64,000 nt of DNA from contig NC_069002.1 in the NCBI RefSeq assembly GCF_001194135.2, positions 26,559,460 through 26,623,459 of the forward strand, written 5' to 3'. A model generated the notes under the pieces. That model did no database searches and had not been told where the DNA came from. It saw only the letters and a program-made list of their open reading frames with translations. The translations under genes and the position numbers were made by a program. The DNA comes from Octopus bimaculoides. Lineage: Eukaryota. Shown piece by piece: positions 25,741 through 37,686 of the stretch. The stretch's first letter is position 1; each line of letters begins with the position of its first letter.

Positions 25741-26512
25741 ATACAGAACTACTACTACTACTACTACCACCACCACCACCACTACTACAACCACCACCGC
25801 CACCACTACTACTACTATAGCCACCACCACTGCTGCTGTGACTGTTACTGCTGCTGCTGCAACTGCTGTTGCAGCCATAGACCAGTTTTTCCACATGTTC
25901 TTGTCTGAGAAGACTGAGCCACTTCAGGAGCCTCCACATGGTCATCCAACATGGTAGAAATAGCAGCCAAGTCTTCAACACAAAAACAAAGATCTTAGAC
26001 ATTGGACTCAGGTCTTTTATAAGCCATAGGACTCATAAAAAGCCAGAGTGCAACTCAGTTGCCATGGCGACTGAGATCACAACCCCACCCCCCAAGAATG
26101 GTCAAGATTCCAACAGCAGGATTTTAAGAATGGAAGCCCTCAATAATCAGAGTTCAAATCCAAATGAAACTAATGCCTTCCAACATTATTTCTAAACTCA
26201 AGGAAGATAAGTTTGAAAGCAGAAGCAATGGGGAGGAGTTCCGGCTGGTTCTTGGCAAATCTCCAAACATTTAAGATATGCAACAAGTCTCTGTTGTCCA
26301 AGTGGCTAAAAAGGGTCCACAGAAGAGCACCCAAGAGTCATGACCTGAATGCAACTTGGTTCCCCTTAGAGTGTGAGAAGTTAAGGGCCCAAACACTTGC
26401 CTAAGTAGGTTTTCTTCTCTGAAGATCTTCTGCTGTTTATCTCTCGTAAGAGTTTCTTACCACAAAGCCACTTAGTCTGGCGTTTTACCAATTCTGCTGC
26501 TCTAAGACTTTA

Positions 26513-26815
26513 TTAACCAGCCATATCCAGCCCAAATATTGTACCTGTTTTATGTTCAAACCAACAAGATCTGGCCTCTCACACTTGCCCTACAATGTCA
26601 CTCTGAAAATAAACTATCAAATTACCAGAGCTATGAAATAATGCGAAATTAATTCAAATGGCTGTGTGATAAGTAGCTTGCTTACCAACCACATGGTTCC
26701 AGGTTCAGTCCCACTACGTGGCATCTTGAGCAAGTGTCTTCTACTATTGCCTCGGACCGACCAAAGCCTTGTGAGTGGATTTGGTAGACAGAAACTGAAA
26801 GAAGTCTGTTGTATA

Positions 26816-26888
<73 letters not shown>

Positions 26889-27105
26889 TTGTGTGTCTGT
26901 GTTTGTCCCCCTAGCATTGCTTGACAACCGATGCAGGTGTGTTTATGTCCCTGTCACTTAGCAGTTCAGCAAAAGAGACCACAAAGAATAAGTCCCGGGA
27001 TCGATTTGCTCAACTAAAGGTGATGCTCCAGCATGGCCGCAGTCAAATGACTGAAACCAGTAAAAGAGTAAATAAGCATTAGATTTGACAGAATAATCGG
27101 AATGC
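26513..27105 (+). mobile_element. TTAA-type MITE interrupted by a family A SINE (26659-27071)
   Basis: The MITE stops at ...ttaattcaaa and resumes ataagcattagatttgacag after the SINE; compare the intact MITE at 35561-35788. Confidence 0.7.
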
Positions 27106-27617
27106 AACTGATTGGCAATATCATTACAAGAGTAATTGTCACTGGTGTTTCCATTCTGAGTTCAAATCCATCCATAGTACTTTTTATCCTCCCTGGGCCT
27201 ATAAAATAAATTTATCAGCAATGTTATCTCTAAAGTGTAATAACCAGTATTTACAAAGAAGGAAAAAAATGCTTTATGCTGTACAATTTTTCTTTTTCCT
27301 GTCAGAATCATGCGTGGAATGACTGTTTAATTTTTATAATTTATTTATTACAATATTAATTGCACTATTAATTGCAACAGTCACGTACTGGGTGGGCAGG
27401 TGGGTGATATAATTGACTGCCCCCCATTAAGCTCCTATATTTCTGGTTTTGTATCTATGGTCATAAATTATTTATTCCAACATTATTTCAGATAACTAAA
27501 CTTTCGTGCGTGCATTAATTGCCTTCATGCTACGTTAGCAAAAAAAACATGTGCACATGCGCTCAGCTTAGACAGCACAATGCAAGCAAATATGAGGGGA
27601 GGTGATCTCTCTCTTTA

Positions 27618-27650
<33 letters not shown>

Positions 27651-27922
27651 TTCTCTCTCTCACGTGCAGTTGGCTGTATGGTACTATGAAAGAATTTTAG
27701 TAGATCACTGACATTAACTCTTATCTTCAAGAAATGGAAGGGGAATAGCTAAGGTCTACCAGCCCCCTTTTTATGCTACAAAAACCCTTCCAAAGAAAAC
27801 AAATATGGCAGGAATAAACAGATGGCATTGTGCTGTTATAGCATGGAATGGTTCAATGCTTTGGTTTCCATCTTTCTGTCGAAATACACAGCCTTTGTTT
27901 CAGCTAATTTTAAAAATAATGA

Positions 27923-28323
27923 AGGCGCAGGAGTGGCTGTGTGGTAAGTAGCTTTCTTACCAACCACATAGTTCTGGGTTCAGTCCCACTGCGTGGCATC
28001 TTGGGCAAGTGTCTTCTACTATAACCTCGGGCCGACTAAAGCCTTGTGAGTGGATTTGGTAGACGGAAACTGAAAGAAGCCCGTCGTATATATGTATGTG
28101 TACATATATATGTGTGTGTATGTGTCTGTGTTTGTCCCCCTAGCATTGCTTGACAACCAATGCTGGTGTGTTTATGTCCCCGTCACTTAGCGGTTCAGCA
28201 AAAGAGATCGATAGAATAAGTACTAGGCTTACAAAGAATAAGTCCCGGGGTCGATTTGCTCGACTAAAGGCGGTGCTCCAGCATGGCCGCAGTCAAATGA
28301 CTGAAACAAGTAAAAGAGTAAAA
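27923..28323 (+). mobile_element. Full-length young SINE family A (tRNA-like head, internal TA/TG microsatellite, conserved 3' half)
   Basis: Head aggcgcaggagtggctgtgtggtaag...gggttcagtccc; CpGs retained; more than 15 related fragments in the window (also 46165-46585, 48822-49228, 56229-56570, 60888-61292). Confidence 0.9.
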
Positions 28324-28699
28324 AAGTATTTAATAAAATTTAATTGTCATGATAAAACTGATGTTTAAAACGCATGTTAACATGTAACTTTGAAGAAAGT
28401 TTTTAATGTAGATCACTTTAACACTTTTGTTTCCATTTTTCTGATGAAACATTCTACCTTGTTTGAAATGATTTTGAAAATAATGAAGAATTAAGTAAAA
28501 TAAAATAGTCATTATTAAACTGTTGTTTGAAACATGTATCAACATGTAATTTTAAAGGAAGCTTATAATTTAGATCATTTTAACTCTCTTGGTTTTCTTT
28601 TTTCTGTCGAAACACACTACTTTGCTTCAAATAATTTTGAAAATAATGAAGAATTTAGTAAAATAATTTTATCATTAAGAATATTGCATTTCTAAATCT

Positions 28700-28940
28700 C
28701 TGAGGGAGACTTATACAGTAGCAGCATGATAAAGTGATGGTTTGTTGCCAACTTAATGTGACAGTCCCAGGAAAGGGAAGAGTACTGCTGCTATTTAGCC
28801 CCAAGAAATATCGTTTCCAGTTGGCTATGTGACACAAGTGTTCTGTGTTCTTAAGTTTTCAAACAGGGGAGATAAGCACCTCCATCCAGCAAAGTCAGCA
28901 TCCAGAGACTAGTTTCAGAGTTATTGCTCTTCAGCATGAA
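28700..28940 (-). mobile_element. Old copy of hammerhead-bearing repeat family X
   Basis: The reverse complement aligns with 55917-56140 (agccagctgg...ctggggctaaa...cactttatcatgctgctactgt) and carries CTGAAGA g caataa ctct GAAA ctag TC. Confidence 0.65.
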
Positions 28941-29409
28941 ATTTTGATGGAAGGTTTTGATTTAGATTTCTGTGGTTCTCAACCATTTTTTACCTATGGA
29001 CTTCCTTGATTCCCATTTTATTCAGATGGACCATCACAGCGATCCCTTGTGAACAAGTCTCACCAATATGTAAGGGATTCACTTGCAAACCTCCTTGAAA
29101 ACATGTCTGGACGTTTTGTGCAGTTTAAATCTGAAGTGTGAACAGAAATATTACCTTACATGGAAACAGGTGATGGTTGGCAACAGCAAAAGCGTCCAAC
29201 CTTGGAAGAAAAAAAAATATCCACCTGAACAACGAATTTCATCTGATCCTTGCCACCATGGAAAAGTAGACATAAAAGCAAAAAACAAAATTGAAACAAA
29301 AAAGAAAAAAATGGTACCAGTGCTACTTTGGTGGGTGGGTTCTGTGGAATCTTGTCTTTTTGATAAAATTATTCCATTTCAGTTCTATTTGACTTAAATA
29401 TTTTGAAAA

Positions 29410-29518
29410 TCCTGTCTTATATTTAATATCTTCTTCTTATGATTCTTTTATATTTCCAGGTAAGTTGACTCTTCCTGCAAAGGATTCCTGCCAAAAGATT
29501 CACCAATTCTTGGTAAAC
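29410..29518 (+). promoter_or_regulatory. Juxtaposed 3'/5' splice site (recursive-splice-like), or a 53-nt mini-exon at 29460-29512
   Basis: Branch-like ttaat, a long pyrimidine tract, then ttccAG|GTAAGT (AG 29458-29459); second donor ttg|gtaaac at 29513. Confidence 0.35.
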
Positions 29519-30507
29519 CATAATTACTTTTCACTTACCATTCATTAACAAGTTTTGGGGTTATTTGTAATTATTTTGTATCAAATTATATTTCTTGTTT
29601 ATTTGCATGTGTTTAGTTTTTGTTTGTTTTTGTTTTTTCTAATTATGTTTATGTGTGTATATATGTGTTTGCATCCATTGTGTTTATGAATGTGTGTGTT
29701 TGTGCGTGTGTTAGTGTTCATCCATGTGTGTGTGTGTTAGTGCACATCCATGTGTGTGTGTGTGTGTGTGCAATGGTATTTGTTATCCATGCATATATGT
29801 TTGTAGATTTGTTTACTACTGTATATATATCCTTGTGTTTCAACATACATTTTGTGTTTGTGTATAGCAGCACATGTATATGTCTGTGTATATATGTCTA
29901 CATGTGTATATATGTCTACATGTGTATGTATGTATCTGTGCAATGGTATTTCTTATCCATGCGTATGTGTTTGTTGATATCATGTATTATCCTTGTGTGT
30001 TTCAAGACACATTTGTGTTTGTGTACAGCTGTGTGTGTATGTGTATATACAACAAAGTGTGTGTGTGTGTGTGTCTTTGTATGTATGTCTTCATGTATGT
30101 GTCAATATGATCCAGTCATGCTTGTTGCACTGATCACTGTGATTCATCCTCTCCAGTCTGTTTGGTCCGCCATTGCACGTGGTAAAGCTTCTCGGGTGCA
30201 CTCACAGTCCTCACACTGTTGCTTTAAGTAGGGTTGATGTAGCTGACCAGCATTTACATACCCATGCTTTAGGTCACTGATCATTTCATCCTTTGCTCTC
30301 CATCGATGTCCAGGAAATCCTGTTAACATATGATATCAGTGGTAAATTACCCGAGAGAAATTCATTCGTAGGGTGTTGTCTCCAGATGTCTAGAACAGCT
30401 CAAAGCATTCTTGCAGAAGTTCCATCAATTTTCTTTCCAAGCTGTTTTGTTAGAGTCCATGTCCTACATCCATATAGTAGAACCAACCACACAACCATCT
30501 GAAAGAA

Positions 30508-30769
30508 GTTCTATATTTAAGAGATGAGGAATTATGTACATTATTTACATTTGACGGATATTTGTCCTCATCTTGTTTGTTGTTAACACAATGTTTTGGC
30601 TGATATACCCTCCAGCCTTCATCAGGTGTCTTGGGGAAATTTCGAAACTAGGTTCTCATTCCTAAGGTATTTTTCGATGTTACTATTATTATTATTATCA
30701 TTATTATTATTACTGTTATTCTGGGGTTAGTAGCCCGCGCTCTTAACCACTACGCCATATGCTCGTGGG
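30508..30769 (-). mobile_element. tRNA-headed short element carrying a hammerhead-like motif, with a 12-bp TSD
   Basis: catctgaaagaa at 30496-30507 and 30770-30781; head tggcgtagtggttaagagcgcgggctac (A-box); no B-box visible in this copy. Confidence 0.8.
30585..30630 (-). ncRNA. Minimal type-I hammerhead motif, probably CpG-inactivated
   Basis: gacac CTGATGA a ggctg gagggtatat cagcc AAAA ca TT gtgtt; stems I and II pair; GAAACGTT appears as AAAACATT. Confidence 0.65.
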
Positions 30770-31086
30770 CATCTGAAAGAAATTTCATTTCAAATTTAAT
30801 GGGAATTTAGGTTTCCAGACGTACATGTATGTCTGCGAATTTGTTTCTATACTTGTGTGTATGTGTCCTCGTGCATTTGGGGACCCATCTTCAGGAACCC
30901 TTCCTTAAACATTTGAGTACATGTGCATGTGTGTATGGGAATGTACATGCATAGGTGTGTTTGGAGGTTTATTCTACTTGCATTTATTAGTGTCTGATTG
31001 TTTGATGTAAATAACCAAATTCATTTAAAACTGAGAGCTTTATTGATATCTGCTGGGATGTTTTAATCCCATTTTTTCTTCATATG

Positions 31087-31117
<31 letters not shown>

Positions 31118-31954
31118 GTGAGGACAGAGAGAAGGAGAGAGAGATGTATCTTTATCTTTTATCATTTACTTGTTTCAGTCATTAGACTGGCCATGCTGGA
31201 GCACCAGCTTGGAGAGTTTTTAATCAAGTGAATCAACCCCAATACTTATTATTGTAATCCTGGCACTTATTCTATCAGTCTCTACTGCCAAACCGCTACG
31301 TTACAGGACTTATACACACACACACACACACACATGCATTCTTCAAATGATTTACGCAAGTCTCTTCCACCATCACCACCACTGCCACTACATTACCTGA
31401 TATCCTGTTGTAAATTCTGTGTCATAATGAGAGAACCTCTACATAGTGACCACCACCCCTAACCTGTTCTACCATCTACCTTTTCACCACGACACATATT
31501 CCATTTCCTCCAGACTCTTATTATTCTTTTACTGGTTTCAATCAATGGACTGTGTCCACACTGCGACAACACCTTCCAGTGCTTTAGCTGATCGCATCAA
31601 CCTCAATTCTTATTCCATTCTGCTAGTTTAGTTTATCGATCTGTATTTATCGGTTCGGTAAATTACACTTTTAGACACAATGCTGAGTTCTACACTAGTA
31701 AACACACACAGACACACACACACACACACATACATACATGGACATGTGCACATTATAAAACTAAACTAGTCTTGAGTAAGACTTTGAATCCTGTCTAATG
31801 GCTTATTTAAACCAGTCTTGTTGAATTCATCTCCACAAAACTAAATTTAGAATAAATTTGGCTCTGTTTTTAGTATTGATTTCACCATTCCATTTGTAAA
31901 TGGTCTGTTGTTGTTCCTTAAAATTCCTTTAAAATAACAACCCCAAAATTATCA

Positions 31955-32000
<46 letters not shown>

Positions 32001-32097
32001 CATGTATGTATGTATGTAGAAGTAAGGACCTAAATATGTCAAAGGATGTTAAACATCCAAGTTTACTGGTTCAATTCAAAGCAAAGAATATATAAAA

Positions 32098-32510
32098 ATG
32101 TATTGTGACACAAGTAGAAAGATAGATTTTATTCAACATGTAAATACTGAACAGTATATATATAAGGATAAAATCCTTTTTGAAAAGCAGAAAAATTTGC
32201 CAGCAGCCAGCCATGATGAACGAACTCACACCCCTCCAATATCCACTTGGAATGCTCTACCATTTGAGCTAAACTACCTGACCGATAAATTCTTCTGCAA
32301 ATTTAGAAGTTATAGAGTCATCCAGAAATGCTAGATGTCGTATAGGTTATGTCCTATGTAAACAAACAAGTTTGTTTTCGAAACGTTGAAATGTATTGTA
32401 GAACAAGTAGAAAGATAAATTTTATTCAACGCATAAATACTGAACAGTATATATATATATAAGGATAAAATCCATTTTTAAATGCAGAAAAATTTGCCAG
32501 CAGCCAACCA
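32098..32510. repeat. ~115-bp direct repeat (32098-32212, 32391-32510) enclosing a tRNA-like head on the minus strand (32221-32278)
   Basis: Direct reading; the minus strand reads ggtagtttagctcaaatggtagagc...gagttcg. Confidence 0.75.
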
Positions 32511-34800
32511 CAATAAATGAAGTATAATAAGGAAAGGGAAAATAAAAGTTTAGACCTTACTTTATTCCAAGTTGGTACATATATTCAATAAAAACCCCAA
32601 GTTTTTTCCAAGTCTAATTAATTCAATACAAAATGAAATATAATCCTTTTGAAATCCCAAATTAGGCTTTTCCTCAGGAATTCATTATTGGAATGAATGG
32701 GTTCTACCAACAAAAATATAAAAACCTTTACAATAGCCCGGAAAGGAGCAAACAATTAAATTATGATAGAAAGAAATTAACCGAACGCCAAACGGATCAG
32801 AACCAGAAGAAACATATAAATCCACTTCAGTGTTGATTCAAATAACAATTCACAGTTTATAAATACTTGTTAACGATATTTGCAGTTACCATCTATACAA
32901 AACAATATCAATCATCAATATATCATATGTCCGAAAAACAAACACACTCTAAAGCATAAAGCAGTTATGTATTTATATGCAGTTAAGTCTATGTCCAATC
33001 ATAGAGTGACCACTGGTCACAATAGATAGATAGATATGATGTGGCTGTGTTTGCCTCCCATCTTCACGGTTTTGGATTTGGTCCCACTGCATGGGACCCC
33101 AGACAAGTATCTTCTACTGTGGCCCTAGGTCGACCAAAGCCTTGTGAGTGAACTTGGTTTTAGTCAATACTAATTTGTAATGCGGCACTCAAGCATGGTT
33201 GATGCCAGTGCCGCCTGACTGGCTCCCATGCCAATGGCACGTAAAAAGCACCATTCGAGCATAGTCAATGCCAGTGCCACCTGGCTGGCCCCCGTGCTGG
33301 TGGCTCATAAAAAACACCCACTACATTCTCAGAGTGGTTGGCATTAGGAAGGGCATCCAACTGTAGAAAGCTTGCCTGATCAGATTCGAGTCTGGTGCAA
33401 CCTCCTGGCTTGCCAGTCCTCAGTCAAACTGTCCAACCCATACTAGCATGGAAAGCAGACGTTAAACGATAATGATGATGATGATGATGATGATATATGC
33501 ATTTCAAAAAGGATCAAGTGTCTTTTACTGCAGTCTCAGTCTGACCAAAACTTTTTGAGTGGATTTGGTAGATGGAAACTAAAAGAAACCCATTGTGTGT
33601 TAGTGTTTGCGTTTGTCACCTCCACCTCACTCCATTGCTGCTTCATATACAGTGTTGGTTTGTTTGCATCCCTGTAACTTATTGATTCAGCAAAAAAAAC
33701 AAAAAAAAAACAGAATGACAGAATAAGTACCAGGCTTTAAAAAATTAAGCACTGGGATTAATTTGTTCAAGTAAAACCCATGAAGGTGCTTGCTCCAGCA
33801 TGGCCCAATGTCTAGTAACTGAAACAAGTAAAAGATAAAAGACTAGAATTCAAAGTGTGTATGCATATAGTTCACCAGTTGGACACACAGGCAGTCACCC
33901 GCCACCACCAACAGCACCAACACCACCACCACCACAAAAAAAATGGTTAATAACATAAAAAATTTTTTAAATGCTATACATTTCCTACTACCTGGGTATA
34001 ATTAACATTATTGTTCTCTTGCAAATGAGCTACCTATTATTGCTTATTGAGAAAATTGTTTAATGAGAGCTTGCAAGAATTTTATACTATTTCACATTGA
34101 TTTGGAAAATTGTATCAGAAAACTGATTGAAACAAGCATAAACAAAATGAAACAAAATAGAATAAGGGGTGATTTCTGTGATTTTTCTTCTGGAACATTT
34201 CATTATTAGATAGGTTCTATGTATATTTTCCTGCACAGATATATATTAATTTATTTGATTTGATTAAATATCAATATTCAATGAGCTTAGGTTTTTGGTT
34301 TAATATATAAACTACAATAAACATTAGAGTTGGTAATTAATCATTCTCCAGGCTTGTAACATTCTCAAATTCATTGCTATTCACACAATAAGTCGCACCC
34401 AATGGAAAACTAGGTTTGCAATGATAAGCGTCGAATGAATGATTTTTAATTTTAATCTTCTACTGTAAAGCAATATGAATTTATTGGTGAGAAGAATCTT
34501 AATTTTCAGTCCTCATTGTAGAATATTAATCACTCATCTCGTTAAATAATTCATTAGACTTTGGGCAATTCTAATTGAACATTCATAAATGATATAATCC
34601 CTTGAGGAAAGTTAATCTTGTAAAGCTGTATTATCAAAATTGCTTGTATTTTTGCTCTCCTGCTTCATTCAGGACAATAAATTTGAGTAAAATCACATGA
34701 AACGTTTAAGCCTATAACTGAGATTTAGATTCTCACTCTAAGATTGATATTTATTGAAAATAGATGTCACTACTTGTACTACTGTATAACTTTAGCTGAA

Positions 34801-35420
34801 TCTCCAGGGATGACAATTGTTTGTCACAATCTCCAGTGTTGATGCTCAACTGTATTGGAATCTCCAGTGATGACAGTCAGCTGTGTCATAATTTCCAGTG
34901 ATGACATTGACAGTCAAGTGTGTCATAATCTCCAGTGATGACAGTCAAGTGTGTCATAATCTCCAGTATTGATAGTTAACTATGTTTTCATTTCCAGTGA
35001 TGACAATTATTTGTCATAGTCAATAATGTTGACAGTCAGCTGTGTCATAATTTCCAGTGATGACATTGACAGTCAAGTATGTTATAATCTCCAGTGATGA
35101 CAGTCAAGTGTGTCATAATCTCCAGTGATGACAGTCAAGTGTGTTATAATCTCCAGTATTGATAGTTAACTATGTTTTCATCTCCAGTGATGATAATTAT
35201 TTGTCATAATCAATAATGTTGACAGTCAACTGTGTTACAATTTTCAGTGTTGATGGTTAACTCTGCCACAATTTTCAGTAATGACAGTCAACTATGTTAC
35301 AATCCCCAGTGATGATGGTTGACTGTCAACTGTGTCATAATCTCCAGTAATGACAGTAAACTATACAATATTCTACAGAGATGACTGTCAACTGTGTCCA
35401 ATCTCCACTAATGACTGACA
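34801..35420. repeat. Minisatellite of about 20 units, 29-38 bp each (consensus tctccagtgatgacagtcaagtgtgtcataa)
   Basis: Units parsed by eye; the order of variants repeats as a higher-order block. Confidence 0.9.
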
Positions 35421-35560
35421 AAATTTCCTTTTGGCAGTGGATTGGCTTAATCATTGACATATTAGAAAAATGCCCTATATTATTTGTTCTGATTCTTTAC
35501 ATTGCAAGTTAAAATCCTGCTGAGGTCAACTTTGCCTTTCATTCATCCAGGGTCAAACTT

Positions 35561-35788
35561 TTAACTCTTTAGCATTTAAACCAGCTTCATCCAGATTGAA
35601 TATTCCATTTGTTTCATATTCAATCCAGCCAGGTCCAGCCTGTCGCAGCTACCCTACAACGTCATTTCAAAAATAAACAATCACATCATTCAAATCTTGA
35701 AGCTACAGGATAATGGAGGATTAATTCAAAACAATGTGAATAAATAAGCATTACGTTTGATAGAGAAATTTGAATGCTTTAGGGTTAA
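35561..35788. mobile_element. piggyBac-type MITE bounded by TTAA with imperfect TIRs
   Basis: Begins ttaactctttagcattt and ends gaatgctttagggttaa; related copies at 44401-44936. Confidence 0.65.
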
Positions 35789-36009
35789 AGTATGAGTCTG
35801 GCATCAGGGGCAATGGAATTGAAAGCCCCCTCCTCTCAAAAAACACTGGCCTTGTTCCTAAATCCCATGTAACTCTGTATTTTGAAACTAGAGTGAAACA
35901 GCGTTTCAGTGACACTGTGGTTTTAGATATCTGATGAAATATTTCGAAATATAACATTTATGATAGTAGCACAATATCACTGGTGAGATCATCCTTCGTC
36001 TGGAAAGTA

Positions 36010-36051
<42 letters not shown>

Positions 36052-36242
36052 CACGCACACACACATACATACACACACATGCACACACATACATACACAT
36101 GCATGCACACACATGCATGCACACACATACAGACATCTTTTCATAACTTATATAAAATGTTAACAATGCAACATTATAGACAGTATCTTGTATAAAATTA
36201 TAACAATGTGGTATTTCTGTTACTCTCTGTCCACTCTCTCCC

Positions 36243-36279
<37 letters not shown>

Positions 36280-36549
36280 ATTTGTCTTTGCATAACATTT
36301 TAATCAATCCATTTATCCAGTCCTACCTACCTACCTATTTATCTACCTACCTACCTACCTACCTATCTATTTATATATCTATCTATTTGCCTGTCTGTCT
36401 ATCTATCTATCTATCTCTCTTCCTACATATCTACCTATCTATCTATGTTTCTATCTATTTATCCACCCATCTATCTATCTCACTCACTTATTCATTCCAC
36501 TCACCCACTTCTATCTTTTTTTCTGTGCACATGTTTTTAGATAACATTT

Positions 36550-36642
<93 letters not shown>

Positions 36643-36689
36643 GTGAGGAGAATTTACAACAAAAACAAAAGATGAAGACAGATATGTAA

Positions 36690-36830
36690 ACAACAAACAG
36701 ATGTATAAGTTTAACGCTCGAGAAATGAGAAAGTCTTTTACGTTTCGAGCCTACGCTCTTTGACAGAAAGGAACACAGATATAAACAGAAAAAATAGAAA
36801 AAGGTTTAGTGGCTAGCGATCTATCATAGC
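36690..36830 (-). mobile_element. Repeat fragment with a variant hammerhead-like motif (36735-36770)
   Basis: cttt CTGTCAA a gagc gtag gctc GAAA cg TA aaag; truncated by the gap at 36852. Confidence 0.5.
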
Positions 36831-37536
36831 AAATATATATATATATATATANNNNNNNNNNNNNNNNNNNNNNNNNNNNNNNNNNNNNNNNNNNNNNNNN
36901 NNNNNNNNNNNNNNNNNNNNNNNNNNNNNNNNNNNNNNNNNNNNNNNNNNNNNNNNNNNNNNNNNNNNNNNNNNNNNNNNNNNNNNNNNNNNNNNNNNNN
37001 NNNNNNNNNNNNNNNNNNNNNNNNNNNNNNNNNNNNNNNNNNNNNNNNNNNNNNNNNNNNNNNNNNNNNNNNNNNNNNNNNNNNNNNNNNNNNNNNNNNN
37101 NNNNNNNNNNNNNNNNNNNNNNNNNNNNNNNNNNNNNNNNNNNNNNNNNNNNNNNNNNNNNNNNNNNNNNNNNNNNNNNNNNNNNNNNNNNNNNNNNNNN
37201 NNNNNNNNNNNNNNNNNNNNNNNNNNNNNNNNNNNNNNNNNNNNNNNNNNNNNNNNNNNNNNNNNNNNNNNNNNNNNNNNNNNNNNNNNNNNNNNNNNNN
37301 NNNNNNNNNNNNNNNNNNNNNNNNNNNNNNNNNNNNNNNNNNNNNNNNNNNNNNNNNNNNNNNNNNNNNNNNNNNNNNNNNNNNNNNNNNNNNNNNNNNN
37401 NNNNNNNNNNNNNNNNNNNNNNNNNNNNNNNNNNNNNNNNNNNNNNNNNNNNNNNNNNNNNNNNNNNNNNNNNNNNNNNNNNNNNNNNNNNNNNNNNNNN
37501 NNNNNNNNNNNNNNNNNNNNNNNNNNNNNNNNNNNN

Positions 37537-37558
37537 CTATAGTCTGCAGATAATCGAG
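37537..37558 (+). CDS. Possible 3' end of an exon hidden in the gap (YSLQIIE)
   Basis: GAG|GTATGT donor immediately after the gap; only 22 nt are visible. Confidence 0.2.
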
Positions 37559-37634
37559 GTATGTACAATTTTCACTGGTCTAGCCCACCTGTTTTTGCTC
37601 CGCTGAATCCGTATTTGAGAAACTTTTAAGTGAG

Positions 37635-37686
<52 letters not shown>

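Larger units (their letters stand above)
30100..30820 (-). pseudogene. RTE-clade LINE ORF 3' remnant, interrupted by a 262-bp insertion
   Basis: Translates VWKPKFPLNLKMKF / FQMVVWLVLLYGCRTWTLTKQLGKKIDGTSARML and GHRWRAKDEMISDL..KHGYVNAGQLHQPYLKQQCEDCECTREALPRAMADQTDWR, matching RTE motifs (VLLYG.ETW; AM.DR..WR); contains stops and frameshifts. Confidence 0.8.

Noticed and set aside
34801-35420. Regular ~30-bp partly palindromic repeats suggestive of CRISPR
   Set aside because: Units are contiguous without unique spacers, there are no cas genes, and the context is eukaryotic.
35930-35955. CTGATGAaatatttcGAAAtat
   Set aside because: Stem II would be 2-3 bp with no proper loop, and stem I is absent; compatible with chance in AT-rich DNA.
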